A stretch of 64,000 bases of DNA from Eledone cirrhosa. Its lineage: Eukaryota. The translations under genes were made by a program, and so were the position numbers. The notes beneath the pieces were generated by a model. It was not told the DNA's origin. It searched no databases and was given only the letters and a program-made list of their open reading frames with translations. Below are positions 1-14,500 of the stretch, in pieces (the first letter of the stretch is position 1; every line of letters begins with the position of its first letter). The stretch spans positions 47,926,001-47,990,000 of the forward strand of contig OZ024751.1 of NCBI GenBank assembly GCA_964016885.1. The letters run 5' to 3'.

Positions 1-1284
1 TATATATATATAAATGTGTGTGTATGTGAGTGTGTGTGTGTGTGTGCCTGTGTGGTTGCGTACACATATATATGTGTATGTTTGTATACACATATATGTA
101 TGTGTCTGTACACAATACCAATTGTCATGATTCTATATTACCTTTAACTGAGAAGAGACATTAACAAGCAAAAGCCAAACTCCTTTTTGAGTCGACTTCC
201 ATCCTATATATATATAGATATATACATATATATATTATATATATATATATATATAAATATATATATATTAAGAGAAAATATATCACGATTCTCACTATGA
301 TCATCATCATCACTATAAATCTATGGTCATAATATATTTATTAATTATTATTATTATTATTATCATTATTGAAACTATTACTATAATTTTTTTTTTTTTC
401 TACGATTTATAATAATTTAAAAATGTAAATATTTAAAATTGTTATTTAGTTATTGGTTTTATATTGATCTCTTGTTTGTTGATTGGGAAAGGGAGCGTTG
501 TGAGTGGTGGAAGTGGTGGTGTTGGGAACGGAGGGGAGGGAGTTCTTATTTGAAAGGGTATACAATTTTTTTTGGGGGGGGGGGGGGGATTCCGAAGATT
601 TGAGTATATTTTCATTTTTGTCAGAAAATAACTGGAATGACACCACATGCTGGTTAAGTTCTGTTGAAGAGATGTGCACACTTACAAACACACACACACA
701 TATATATAAACATAATGTACAGACACACACATAATATATACACACACATGTATATATATTCATATATATTCAAGACATGACTGTTCTCCAGTTTTCTCTA
801 TTGTTTTTATTAAGGATTATTTCCTTATTTGTTCATCTTTATGCTTGGTTAATAATCATTAAGAGTTTCAAGACTTTCACAGCCCCATCTTCAGAATAAT
901 TATAAAGATCAAACATGAATACAGTTGTGTCTTCTTTAATACAACATATATGAAAGAAAAGCTGTTGTCTTCTATTTACACCAATATCACATATATATAC
1001 ATGTGTGTGTGTGTATATACATACATATATTTTTGCTTTGTTAGGGGTGAGGGTAATGTTCAGTATTTTTGTTTGTTTTCTATTTTACCATCTAATAAAG
1101 AAAAAGTTAAAGAGAGAGTCAGATGTATATATATATATATATATATCATTTTAATGTCCACTCTCCTTGTTAGCAAGGGTTGGACATACATATACATATA
1201 TATATACATAGAGTATCCCCCCCCCCCAAATGTATGCACACTTCAACAGGATTCTAATAAATATGTGTATACAATTTTTGAGAA

Positions 1285-1330
<46 letters not shown>

Positions 1331-2015
1331 TACATTCATATAAGTGTGATTCAGTTTGATCATTTTTACTTGTTCTTTGTGCTTAGTTTGGAACAGGAGT
1401 GATCCTAATTCCATGTGTGTATTAGTACCATTCCCATAATCCTTTACAACCACTGCAAACCATGTGACTAACTCACCATTACTGGTGACCATTCCGATTC
1501 TGAAGATGGAGCTGTGAAGACTTTGGAATATTAATACATCACATTGATTTAGGAACTTTACAGCTCCACACTAAACATAAAGGACTAGTAAGGAAATACA
1601 AACCATCCTTCATAAAAATAATCAAACTGGTTTGAATGAAAAGCTCTTCCCTATATGTATGCAGTTATAAAGGTTTGTCTAATACAAGCCAAAACCGCCA
1701 GGCACCATGGCCGGGTTTTTGCCTTCCTCTGTACCTACTCTGCTTCTTCCCATGCATAGAGTACTCTCCTGATTGGTCTGTGGTCTCCCCAATCTCAGCA
1801 CCACAAACTTTATATATATATGTATATATATATATATATATATACACATATGTATATATCTGCGTATTATTGACGTCACAATGAGTACTCAATACCGAAG
1901 CAGAGTTTCAATATTTGCTTAATATGGCTAATTGGTGAGCCCTGTTACTTTGGAATTTTTACTTGCATGCTCACAGGATCATCAAATAAAATGAGCCATA
2001 TCAAATGTGTATATG

Positions 2016-2059
<44 letters not shown>

Positions 2060-3435
2060 TATGTATGTATGTATGTATATGAAAGAGAGGTATGGTATTG
2101 GAGACAGGGTAAGGTGGAAAAAGATTATTTTTAGTGTGTAATTTAATCTAATCTCATCACATTCCAACTCACTCTTCTCCATCCCAGGTTGACGAGGGGG
2201 AGGGGGGGGGGTCCCAACCTACTAGTTTGATACTGCCATAGATTCAGACACAGATAAACACATGATGAATATTTAAGAACATTCAATTATTTTACCTGTG
2301 TACATGGGGAAGGAAATAATACATCAGATTGGGTTGGATAAGATGGAGTTTAGTATGTATCTGAAGCAAGGTATTTCAGATTGACCTACTCAGGTATATT
2401 GTCATTGGCTGAAGTCACCCATCTTCCTTACTATCATCCACCTGAAAAATCTCTGCCAACATTACTCCACCCATGATTTCAGAAACTCCGCCAACATATA
2501 TCAAAAACTCCACCAATAGTTTGAAAAAAGCCTCCCATAATTTCACAAACTCTACCAACAGTTTCAAAAACTTCACCAATTGTTTCCAAAAAGGAAAAAA
2601 AAATATACCAATCAACCAGGTTAGGAACAACCCGAGAGGGATAAAAAAGGGAACAAAAAGACAGGGAAGATGTCCCTTTTTTTCAACCCACAGAACAACT
2701 CATCTTATCTGCAACATTTAGAGCAGAATGGGGTAGGTGGGGGAGGTAGTTCTGATGCCATGCAAGCCCTTTATCACGTAACATTCTGTAAGGATTTAAC
2801 AAAACAAAAAATATCTTAAAGAAGGATTTGTTGATTCAAATGTTTATAGTATTTTTTATTTTAGTGGACAGATCGTTGTGAAAAATTGCAGTGAATGAGA
2901 ATAAAAACTTTAATTTTGAATGTGATGCAGTTATAGTGTTATTTTGTACCTTTCAAGAACACCTTACTCATGTAGCTTCCTGTGGTACAGGTCGTTAAGA
3001 GCTAAACATTGTTTTATTCAACTTGGTTTGGTCAACATTTATTTATAGTTATCTGCATTGTGGCAACTTTCGTGGTTACTATAATAATAATTATTTCATA
3101 ACTTGTATAGTTGACTACTCATTCTGGGGATAGCACTGAAGTCCATTAAATATACTCCTGTAATTAACTGAGTCTCCTTTTTATCAACACCCACATGGAG
3201 GAATTGTAAGAACCAACCTTGGCAGGATTTAAAACTAGAACATAAGAGATATATTCCTAAAATACTTACCACAAAGTATTTGCTTTGACTCTTTACTAAC
3301 TCTACCAACACTACTAACAACACTCTCTAATACTACTACTAATAATAATACTTTCTTGTATTGGCATAGGGTCAGCAATATAGGGGTTGAGGAAAGTTGA
3401 TTAAATTGAACTCAGAATATAATAAGCTGGACCAA

Positions 3436-3642
3436 ATATAGGCAGAAGGCCAGCAATTTTAGGGGAGGGGAAAGTCGATTAAATCGACCCCAGTGCGTGA
3501 CTGGTACTTTCTTTTATCGACCCCGTAAGGATGAAAGGCAAAGTTAACCTCGGCGGGATTTGAACTCAGATCATAAAGGGCCGTAACTCTATACTGCAAA
3601 GCATGGCGCCCTACCCTCTACCGATACTGCCATCCACCACCC
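3436..3642 (-). mobile_element. tRNA-derived SINE, family A
   Basis: Minus strand has Pol III box A TGGCAGTATCGG and box B GAGTTCAAATCC, then a GCCTTTCATCCT..GGGGTCGATAAA core. Many dispersed copies in the window. Confidence 0.85.
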
Positions 3643-3798
3643 TAGCTGGACCAAATAATGATAAGTATTTATTATTCAACGCTCAACAGACTTTGCCAAT
3701 CCATCATCTAAACAATAACAATAATTATTTCTTCTACTCCAAGCTCAATGCCCAACTGGTACTTATTTTAAACATCAGAAGAGTTTAAACTTGGAGTA

Positions 3799-4027
3799 TT
3801 AACCATGTAGCATTTAAACTGGCCATATCTGGCCGGAAATCTCTCACTTCTTTTTGTTCAAACTGGCTCTAACCAGCTGCTCATACTGAGGTTAAAGTAT
3901 TGTTCTCAAAATAAATAATATCAAGATTTTGTAGATTTCATATTAGGTGAGATAATTATGTGAGATAAAGTATTTACCCTGAAAATACAATAGTATATAT
4001 AGAGTCATACAAATGCTAAAGGGTTAA
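3799..4027. mobile_element. TTAA-flanked MITE (piggyBac/Kolobok-like ends)
   Basis: TTAACCATGTAGCATT ... AATGCTAAAGGGTTAA imperfect TIRs. A related TTAACCCTTT-ended family occurs at about 21834-22051, 33490-33735, 46797-47030 and 59148-59372. Confidence 0.65.
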
Positions 4028-4469
4028 GGGATTGTAGCTAAATACCGTGAGGTAGCATTTTGTCTAGTCTATCACCCTACTGCCATTATTATAATGCTAT
4101 AACAGTTTACCATGTGGTAAGAAACTATGAGGAGAGCTGGACAACAAAAGGTCTTCAGAGAAGAAACCCTGCTTAAGCAAGTATTTTGGCCCTTAACTAC
4201 CAAATAATAATAATAATAATAATAAATAATAATAATAACAATAATAAAAATAATAGTGATTTCTTTCAAGTTTTAATAATATTTTCTTACAAAATAATAA
4301 TAATAATAATAAAAATAATAATAATTAAGATCAATAATTAATTAAAAAAATAATAATTACTGCGTGTAAAATGGACAATTGACTTCAAGAGATTTATTTT
4401 TATTTGCTGAACTCAAAAATCAAAAATAAAAAAACAAAAAAAAAAACAAAACAAACAAAAATTATGGTA

Positions 4470-5518
4470 GTTTCTAACACAGACAAAATGCCAGAAATTT
4501 TGAAGGTAAATTAAAAAAATTAAAACAGAAAAAAAAAAAAAAAAAAAATTATTTTTAAAATAATGATTTCTAATCTGGGCACAAAGCCTGAGATTTGAGT
4601 CGAAGGGGAAAAAAGGTGATTATATCGGGTCCTTAGTATAGGACTGGTACTTTATTTTGTCGACCCCCAGAAAGACGTAAGGCAAAAGTTGACCTCAGAA
4701 CAAATGTGACAAGACATTTCATCTGACATTCTATTGATTCTGCCGATCCACTTCACTACCACTTGGCATGAAGCCATAGATTTTTAGGGGTGAGTTCTAG
4801 GTACCTGATTGGAATCTCCCCAGTGTAAATGATGTCAACAACAACAATAATAATAATAATAATAATATTTCTACTTTTGGCACAAGGCCAGCAATTACCC
4901 CAGTGCATTACTGGTACTTTATTTTATCGACCCCCTTAAGGATGAAAGGCAAAGTTTACCTCGGCGGGATTTGAACCCATAACGTAAAGGGCCATAACTC
5001 TATGCTGCAAAAGCTGACGCTCTACCGATACTGCCAAATCACCAAATAATAATGGTTTCTTATATAGGCACAAGGGGGGAGGGAAAGTCGATTAAATCGA
5101 CCCCAGTGCGTGACTGGTACTTTATTTTATCGACCCCGTAAGGATGAAAGGCAAAGTTAACCTCGGCGGGATTTGAGCTCAGATCATAAAGAGCCGTAAC
5201 TCTATGCTGCAAAGCATGGCCTCCGACCCTCTACCGATACTGCCAATCCACTGCCCTAAACTTGACTGGTAAATAATGATAACAACAATCGTTTCTAATT
5301 TAGACAAAAGCCCAACAAATTTTTTTTAGGGGATGGAGGGGTATATGGGGGAAAGTAAATTATACTAACCCCAGTACTTTATTTCATTGAACCCCTGAAG
5401 AATTAAAAGCAAAGTTGACCTCGGCAGGATTTGAATTCAGAACAACATAAAAGGTCGGGAAAAACAAACGTCGCAAAGAATTTTGTGCGACAATCTAACG
5501 ATTCTATCAATAATAATG

Positions 5519-5549
<31 letters not shown>

Positions 5550-6067
5550 TAAAACAATGCAGTGGAAGGGGGAAGAGAGGAAGGGATACAAAGGAAAAAA
5601 AACAACAAATAATAATAATAAAAGAATTTCATTGCACATCAAGTAAAAAAAAAAAAAATCTCCTTTGGAGATGTGGGAAGAGGGGTGAAGAGAGGAGGAG
5701 GAGGAGGAGACGAAAAAGAAAATGGTAGGAGGAGAAGGAGGGGCGGAGCAAAACAATTTGCAATAAAGGGCGTTGTTGTTGTTTATTTATTTATTTATTA
5801 CTTCCTTATTATAAAGTTTGAAATTTGAAAGGGTGCAGAATGTGAGGAGGTGTGGGGGGGGGGTAAGTGAAATGAGATGGGAGGGTAGGGTAGGAGGTCT
5901 TCTAGTAAGGTTTTACAAAACAAATGAGGTTGTGATGTTCATGATCTTCCCCCAGGGGTTTTCAAGTTATATTCAGTAAAAAGAGCCAAGTGAAATGAAG
6001 CGACCCAACAATAAAATTTACAATCACACCACCATGTTGCCAACTACATTTTAGCAATAATAATAAC

Positions 6068-6098
<31 letters not shown>

Positions 6099-6530
6099 GG
6101 CTCTGATTTAGGCACAAGGCCAACAAATTTTTTTTTTTTCTTTTCGGAGGTGAGGGAGAGTTGATTAAATCGACCTCAGTGTATTACTGGTGTTTATTTT
6201 ATCGACTTCGTAACGATGAAAGTCATAGCTAACCTCAGCGGGATCTGAACTCGGATATATAAAGGGCCGTAACTATATGCTGTAAAGCATAATGTCCAAT
6301 GCTCTAATAATCCTTTCTAACAGACACAAATCCCACCAAAAAAATTTGTTTTAGAAGGGGAAAGGAACAGTTGATTAAATTCAATCTCCAGCATTTGACA
6401 GGTAGAATATTTTATCAACTCATAAAGGTGAAAGTCAAAATTGACCTCAACAAGATTTGAACTCAGAACTTAAAGAACCAGAAGCAAATACCCCAAAGCA
6501 TTTTGTCAAACCTTCTGACAATTCATTGCC
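4470..6530 (-). mobile_element. Cluster of about 6 family-A SINEs separated by (AAT)n
   Basis: Copies at about 4565, 4869, 5054, 5290, 6098 and 6315, all in the same orientation. Confidence 0.85.
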
Positions 6531-6654
6531 CTTTGATAATAATAGTAATAATAGCAATGATGATAAAAATAGTTATTATTACAAAGAATAGAATAATTGA
6601 AATTATAAATGAAAGTGTACATATATTTTAGTAGAGGTTGGTTTGATATACGTT

Positions 6655-6950
6655 TTTATACCCTTATAAACCCATATTAACACAGATATATCCATACATA
6701 TATATTAATGCACACACACATATATTTAGATTGAACAGATGTCGAAAGATATGTCTTTATATCCTTATAAAACCACATTTACACAGATTTATCAATACAT
6801 ATATATTAATACATACACAAACGTTTAGGTTGAAGAGATATCCAAAGATATATGTCTGTATACCCTTATAAACCCACATTCACACATATATATCCATACA
6901 TATACATTAATACATACACACACGTTTAGGTTGAAGAGATATCAAAAGAC
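6655..6950. repeat. ~100-bp tandem repeat, three diverged copies
   Basis: cccttataaa.cc.catt...tttaggttgaagagat recurs. Confidence 0.8.
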
Positions 6951-7059
6951 ATAATTCAGCAACCACAGCTCAACATCAAATTGGTCACCAAACTCTCCTG
7001 CCAGAGATATTCAACCAAACATTTGTTGACAGATGTATGCTGTAAGACTTAATATATAC

Positions 7060-7113
<54 letters not shown>

Positions 7114-7257
7114 ATACATACATACAAAAATACATATGTATGTATATATGTATGCATGTATGTGTGTGTTACATCCGAGTTTTAATATTTTTCATGAAGT
7201 TTGTTGATATATTTCTGCACGTGTATATGAATGTGTGTATGCGTATATACATATATT

Positions 7258-7302
<45 letters not shown>

Positions 7303-7737
7303 ATGTATATATGTATGAAAGCATCAACACATCATCATCATCAACATCTTCATCCTCCTCTAAAGTCCATTGCCCCCTGCTATATGAAATAGAAGCTGTT
7401 TGGTTAAGCTGATTTTAAGGGCAAAAAGCACTAACATCAGGTTGGGGTTAAATGTGTAGGGTCTACAGAGTATGTGTTTAGAGAGTGTGAAGGTATGTGC
7501 AGTGAAAACCATTTTGTCAACACGTGCATTAGATTCCTGCAGGTGCCCGAGTAGATGTCTAAAGTTGTTCTGTAGACACAAACAGCGGGTAGACACTCAG
7601 CCACTCTTCGTATCCAATTAGAATTGTAGACACCTACTAGGACTGTTTGTGTTACATCATACCATTCCTTTCATGGTATAGTAATTTAGGTAGTGGCATA
7701 TGTATGTGTGTGTGCACAGGTGTGTATATTTATAAAT

Positions 7738-7800
<63 letters not shown>

Positions 7801-8356
7801 TTCATATATGTATAGACATGCATATTAATTCATACATGCACATATACACACATATAGATATGTACATAAGAACTCATGTATATATATCAATATATATATA
7901 TACAAATGTATACATTTATATCTGCTGACTTTTACATAAACACTATATATATATCAATATATATATATATCAATATATAATATATATATATATAGTGTAT
8001 GTTTGAAGCACAGTAGATAAGTTCAAAAATCCTGTTAACCAATGTAATGCTGTGCTGCTCCTGCTTAATAATGGTTTGGCAAGGAAGCCAGAGGACTAAG
8101 GATGTGTATTAAGGTGTCTTAGCAGCCATTATCAGAAGGCAGGGAATGTTTTTGTGGTTATAACAGTGGTGGTGGGATGAGGTGGGGTTGTGAGAAGTGT
8201 AAAGGAGGGAGGGGGGGGAAGGAGGCAACTGTAGTAGTTTGGAGTATGTGTGGATAATACTACACACACACACACACACACACACATACATACATACACA
8301 CACATACACACATTTGTTGTGTGTGTTTGAGGTTTGTGAGAATAGACAACACTACA

Positions 8357-8390
<34 letters not shown>

Positions 8391-8444
8391 TTCAGAATTT
8401 CAAGTGTTAGATAGAAAGAGAGATAGATGGATACATACACAGAT

Positions 8445-8488
<44 letters not shown>

Positions 8489-8589
8489 ATACATATAATA
8501 TATATATTATATATCTATATACATATAATATATATATTATATATCTATATACATATAATATATATATATACATATTATATATCCGTATA

Positions 8590-8673
<84 letters not shown>

Positions 8674-8823
8674 GTGGACAGACAGTCCGGCAATAAGCTG
8701 GACAAACAAAAATTTGCTGTTATTGAGTTCAAAGAACTCTTTAGTCATCATATTTTAACAATAATTTCCCTGTTTAAACAATGAGGGAGGACGTAAAGAC
8801 AAAGACAATTATATACACATACA

Positions 8824-8857
<34 letters not shown>

Positions 8858-8957
8858 GTAAGTCATTACTCATCTTTTTGCATTTAGAGGGTTTTCAAAC
8901 CCCACTTTTAGGCTAATTTCCTCTAGTCAAAAATGTGTCAAAAAGCTTCTATTTCTA

Positions 8958-9011
<54 letters not shown>

Positions 9012-10362
9012 GAAGAGCAGAGCAAACAAACATTAAACAATTCTTTAAAAAAAATATTTTAAATGATTTTATATATATATATATATATAGCTACTTATGT
9101 GTGATTTCATATTATGAAAAAATGAGCTCTCGATATGTAAACAGAGGTAAGTTACACATTTTAATACACAGGTTTAGTTTATGGATTTAAATATTGGCTT
9201 TTTTATTTTTTGCCAGCCAGAACACACAACTTCAAATAAATGGAAGTTGTGTACCTTTACTAGCAAAAACTATGAAACTACTAGTTCCATGAAATGCAAC
9301 TAAAACCATGTATCAAAATGCGCATTATATATATATATATATATGTATATGTAATCCCCCCCACCACCACATACACACATATATGTACATAGACCATGAA
9401 CATCATCATCATTGTTTAACATCAATTATACATGCTTGCATGGAGTAGATGAGTTGTCACGTTTAGCTCATACGTTATATATATATATATATTTATACAT
9501 ACATATACATATATATCTATCTGTGTCTGTGTATATATTCTAAGACAACAATATATATACATAAAAGAAAAAGCATAACAGAAAAGAATTTTTTTTTTTT
9601 TTTAGATTTAAAAAAAAAAAAAAGAAATATAATAAAAAAAACAAAATAAAAACATCCTTCAAATATGGATTCCGTTCATCACCATTATCATCGTTAGCTT
9701 AATTAACAATAACAGTTGTAGTTGTAGTTGTTGCTGTAGTAATACTAATACTTGTAGTAGTAGTAGTAGTAGTAGAAATAGTTGTGGTATTGGTGGTGGT
9801 TTTGTTACACTCATTGCATTGGTGTTGATTATTATAGTTGTGATGATGATGGTGTTGGTTAGTTTTGGTGGTGGTGGTGGTGGTGGTGGTGCAGCTTTCA
9901 TTAATTAATGAAGACGAGGTCTTTTGAAGAGGAGGAGGTGGAGGAGATAAACGAGAGATGGAGAATGGGGGGGGGATGGGAGTATGTGTGTGTGTCGTAG
10001 GTCGGAGGAATATCTTACCATCACCACCACCACTGCCTTCACCACCATCACCCTCATCACAACCTTCACAACATCAACAACAACATCAACATCAACAACA
10101 ACAACCACCACCACTACTGCCACCTACAATACCATCACAACTGTTACCACTGCTACAATCACAGCAGCAGCAGCCACCGCCGCCACCACCACCACCACCA
10201 ACACTACCCCAACACTATCACCTCCTCCACCACCACCATCACCCCCTTTTTTTTTCTTTTTTTTTTTTTTTCCTCCGCCTCCGTAACTTTTCTCCTCCCG
10301 ATTTCCACCTCCTCCTCCTCCTCCTCCTCCCCCTCGTCTGCCTCTCATGCTGCTGTTATCGT

Positions 10363-10556
10363 TCAGTCGACATCTACGATGATCTCGACATAGTTTACGG
10401 GGAAGTACCCGGTCTGGCCATGGATGCTGCCTTCAAACCAATTGTCGTCCACTTTATGTAATAGGTCGATGATGTCACCTTCGGAGAATCCCAGCTCACC
10501 ATCATTCTCCGGTTCAAAATCATACAGCGCCTTGCAACATGGCTTCTGCTTGGTCA
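10363..10556 (-). CDS. endoA: Endophilin-A last coding exon (SH3 domain)
   Basis: Encodes (V)[63 protein letters not shown]. [19 protein letters not shown] is the endophilin-A SH3 signature. Acceptor tgtttcAG at 10558-10557, phase 1, TGA at 10363-10365. Confidence 0.95.
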
Positions 10557-10559
10557 CTG

Positions 10560-10758
10560 AAACAGACAATAGAGTATGAGTGAAGGTAAGAGATTGCGGG
10601 TCACCGAGTGGAGCAATAGATTATCAGATTGAGTGGTCACAAACAGACAATACAATGGACAATAGAGTGTGAGTGAAGCTAAGAGAGTGTGGGTGACCGA
10701 GTGGAGCAATAGATTATGAGATTGAGTGGTCACAAACCGAAATACAGTGGACAATAGA

Positions 10759-10793
<35 letters not shown>

Positions 10794-11035
10794 TGATGGA
10801 GTGGAGTGATATGGTATGAGATAGAGTGGTCACTGAGACAGTAAACACTGGACAGTTGAGTGTGAGAGTGAGTGATAGAGTATGTGAGTGAGAGGTCACT
10901 GTAACAGAAAACACAGTGGACAGTTAAGTATGAGTGAGAGAGTGAGTAATGGAGTGGAGTGATAGAGTATGTGAGTGTGTGGTCACTGAAACAGAAAACA
11001 GTCGAGAAACAGAAGACAGTCGAGTATGAGTATGA
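10560..11035. repeat. Degenerate minisatellite built from the SH3-exon acceptor region
   Basis: Recurring ggtcac(t/c/a)..aacag and gacaatagagt motifs. Confidence 0.75.
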
Positions 11036-11273
11036 GTGCAAGCGATGACGTAAATAAGAGAAAATTTTAAATGGTATTTAACTCCTTAAATACTGACTTT
11101 ATTTTGTTTTTAATTGAAAATGGTTAATTTTGACCGAATTGAATTAGTAATATGTATTTTCAAGTGTATTTTTTTAAAATAGGGAACACTTTCATCCCAA
11201 CAGTGTCATAAATTGGGACAACTTTATCCAGATTTCCTAATTTGATTAGCAATGACATATATATATATTGGTC

Positions 11274-11408
11274 ACAACTCCAGGTAGAAGGAGCAACCTG
11301 AAATAAAGTGTCTTGCTAAAGGACATAACACATCGCCCAGTCTGGGAATCGAACGCACAACCTCACGATTTCGAATCAAATTCTCTAACCACTCAGCCAC
11401 ACGCCTTC
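11274..11408 (-). mobile_element. tRNA-derived SINE, family B
   Basis: Minus strand has TGGCTGAGTGGTTAGA (box A), GTTCGATTCCC (box B), then GTCCTTTAGCAAGACACTT. Related copies at about 16780, 28924 and 29440. Confidence 0.8.
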
Positions 11409-11438
11409 ATATATATACACACACACAAAGTGGTCATG

Positions 11439-11680
11439 GTGTGTCACCAACATGACCACTTTACAGTGTGGACTGGGCTCTTTTTGTTGTGTCAACAACA
11501 TGACCACTTTACAGTGTGGACTGGGCTCTTTTTGTTGTGTCAACAACATGACCACTTTACAGTGTGGACTGGACACTTTTTGTTGTGTCACCACCGTAAC
11601 CACTTTACAGTGTGGACTGGGCACATTTTGTTGTGTCACCACCATGACCAATTTACAATGTGGACTGGGCACCTTTTGTA
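11439..11680. repeat. 48-bp minisatellite, five copies
   Basis: Unit tgtcaacaacatgaccactttacagtgtggactgggctctttttgttg. Confidence 0.92.
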
Positions 11681-11721
11681 TATGTGAATCAATGTGTATT
11701 TATAGCCATTTCTCCACCTAC

Positions 11722-11897
11722 CTGATTCACCCAGAGAAGTTGTACTAGCAAAATTGTAACCACCACCTGAGCTGCTGGAAGTTGCGTCAACGAAACCGTC
11801 ATCATCGTTGAACGGAGATGGGGAGGCACTCCGGCGGAAGGAAGTCACACGTTTAACAACGTGGTCAGATTTTGGACGACTGACAGCATCTTCCTTC
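11722..11897 (-). CDS. endoA: Endophilin-A exon, end of BAR and BAR-SH3 linker
   Basis: tttctttgtAG|G AAG GAA GAT GCT...GAA TCA G|GTAGGT. 176 nt, phase 2 in and phase 1 out, joining both neighbours in frame. KEDAVSRPKSDHVVKR resembles the endophilin xEAxSRP motif. Confidence 0.85.
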
Positions 11898-12539
11898 CTA
11901 CAAAGAAAAATAGCAAAAACAACAATAATAACAGTAATAATAATAATAAAAGTAATAATAAAAGTAATAATAATGGTAATAATAATGGTAATAATAATAT
12001 TATTCACATGATAAAATGACTAACAACCGTAGCTTACACCTATACAGGTTTTGTTAGATCATGAAACCTTTGGTTTCAATGGAATATTATATATAAATCA
12101 TTTGTATACGTGTCCAACCAACACTGTAAATATAGATATACATACATATATATATATATATATACACATATAGATACATATATATATATACACATATAGA
12201 TATATATATATATATACACATATAGATACATATATATATACACATATAGATACATATATATATACACATATAAATACATATATATATACACATATAAATA
12301 CATATATATATACACATATAGATACATATATATATACACATATAGATACATATATATATACACATAGATACATAGATACATATATATACATATAGATACA
12401 TAGATACATATAGATATACATATACATATAGATACATATATACATATAGATATAACTTTGAATAACTTTGAAATGTTTTGGCCAGTATTGGCCCAGGCCA
12501 TGTCTAACTTAATAGCACCACCTGGCGAAGTCTTTCAAT

Positions 12540-14500
12540 TCAGGATTTGGGCACCATGGCCCATTCGAGAAGAGAATTACTGTTTGCGGAGACATATCCG
12601 GGTGTGGGTGGTTTGTCCGGGATTACTTGGAGGAATTTGTCCAAAGACTTCTTGAATTTTGTGTGGTCAGTTTCTGTTTTGACGTGTCCTGGTGTGATGT
12701 TGAAGAGAGCAGGGCCGATTGAGGTGAAATAATTGTGCCGTATTGTTGTTATGAGTTGCGATTTAGATTTTTGAATGGGACGGATAGCACAGGGCCCAAG
12801 CCTTGGGTGTATCTTGAAGGCGATGCCAACATCATTTGGGCAGTGATGATGGAACATTTTCCACATCATGCAGATAATATAACGCTCACGGCGACGTTGG
12901 AGTGAGTAAAGTTTCAGGTTTTCTAATCGACCCCAGTAGTCAAGGTCTGACATGCCATCTATCTTTTTCGTGATTGCCCTTTGAGGAGCTTCAAGTTTCA
13001 TGATACTTTGTTTCGTGTGGGGAGACCACAGTGGACAACAGTATTCAAGGTGTGGTCGGGCGAAAGTAGAGAAGAGAAGGATAATGGTGCGGGAATCTCT
13101 CGACTGGAAGGTTCTGAGGATCCAGGAACACATTCTGCGGGCCATGTCAACTTTGCTGCTTATATGCGTGGTCCAGCTTATATTGCTGTCCACGGTTACT
13201 CCCAAGTCTCTGATGTTGTTAGATGCCACGAGAGTTTCCCCGGAGGGAAGGGAGTACGGGAGTTTCAGAGCATCCTCTTTTCCAAAGTGGATCAGTTCAA
13301 ATTTGTCTTCGTTCAGTAACATGTTGTTCTTTTCTGCCCATTGGGTAACAGCCAGTAGGTCTGACTGAAGGCTTATCCGGTCATCCACGCCATTGATGAC
13401 CTTTTGGAGCTTGGAATCATCAGCGAAAATTTTAATGCTGCTGTGTTTGATGATGTCAGTGATGTCATTAATATAGATGATGAAGAGAAGTGGGCCCAAC
13501 ACAGTGCCTTGTGGGACCCCACTACTGACTTTGGCTGGGCTTGATTTGACTCCCTCAACTACAACATGTTGGGTTCTGTTTGACAGGAAGCTCTTGATCC
13601 ACTGGAGCAGCTTTCCAGTGACACCAATATTGGACAGCTTTCTCAGTAGAATGTTATGATCAACCCTGTCAAAGGCCTTGCTGAAATCAAGGTAGATAAC
13701 ATCAGTGTTGGAACCCTCTCCCAAGGCTCTCAAAATGTCATCAAAGTGATGCAGTAGCTGCGTCAGGCAATCCCTTCCATTACGGAATCCATGCTGGTTG
13801 GAGTTCAGCATATTGTTACTCTCAAGGAAGTGGGTCATTCGTGATCTCACCACTCGCTCAAATACCTTAATGATATGAGAGGTGAGTGAGATTGGACGGT
13901 AATTCACGGCAAGGGATTTGTTTCCCTTTTTGAAAACTGGGACAACAGACTGAGATAGAAGGTTTTCTGGCACATATCCAGCATCCAGTGAGTTCCGCCA
14001 CAGATTGGCAAGAGGAGATGCAAGTTGGTGTTGACACGCCTTCAAGACACAAGCAGGGAACCTATCGGGACCTACTGCTGAATTATGCTTGATTTCCTTT
14101 ATTGCCGCCAGGACATCAGGGGCGCCAAACGTTATGTCCAATAAGGTGTAATGGGGAGTAACATCGCCGATACAGCCCAGATCGGCCATATCAGGATTGC
14201 TGAAAACAGAGCAGTATTGTTTCTGCAGTATCTCACCCATGGTTTTAGCATTGTCTTGAAGAGTGCCATTTTCATCAATTAGAGGGCCAACAGTAGAGCC
14301 AGTGATTTTGTGTTTTTTTGCAAATGAAAAGAACACTTTGGGATTGAGTTTGATCTTCTCAATGGCCCAGGCCTCTTCAGCTCTTCTCTGATTGTTGATG
14401 AGGGACATTATGTTGTTTTGGAGGTTATGTTTTTTAATCTCTAGTGATGAAATGGCAGTCAAGTTGATGTGTTGCTGCTGACAGTATTTCAGCTTGTTGA
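12540..14500 (-). CDS. LINE ORF2, reverse transcriptase part
   Basis: Motifs NYRPISLTS, QHGFR, YLDFSKAFDRVDH, GVPQGTVLGPLLF, FADD, DLGV, RPHLEYC, YSLQRRRERY. Confidence 0.95.

Noticed and set aside
1151-1492. 113-aa ORF as an exon of a second gene
   Set aside because: No recognisable domain and no convincing splice pair, and half of it is (CA)n.
860-1535. Inverted pair of CTGAAGATGG.GCTGTGAA motifs
   Set aside because: Probably decayed HHR remnants, but the cores or stems are broken, so they are not called.
11335-11408. tRNA gene
   Set aside because: tRNA-like head continues into a SINE body, has dispersed diverged copies and lacks a clean acceptor stem.
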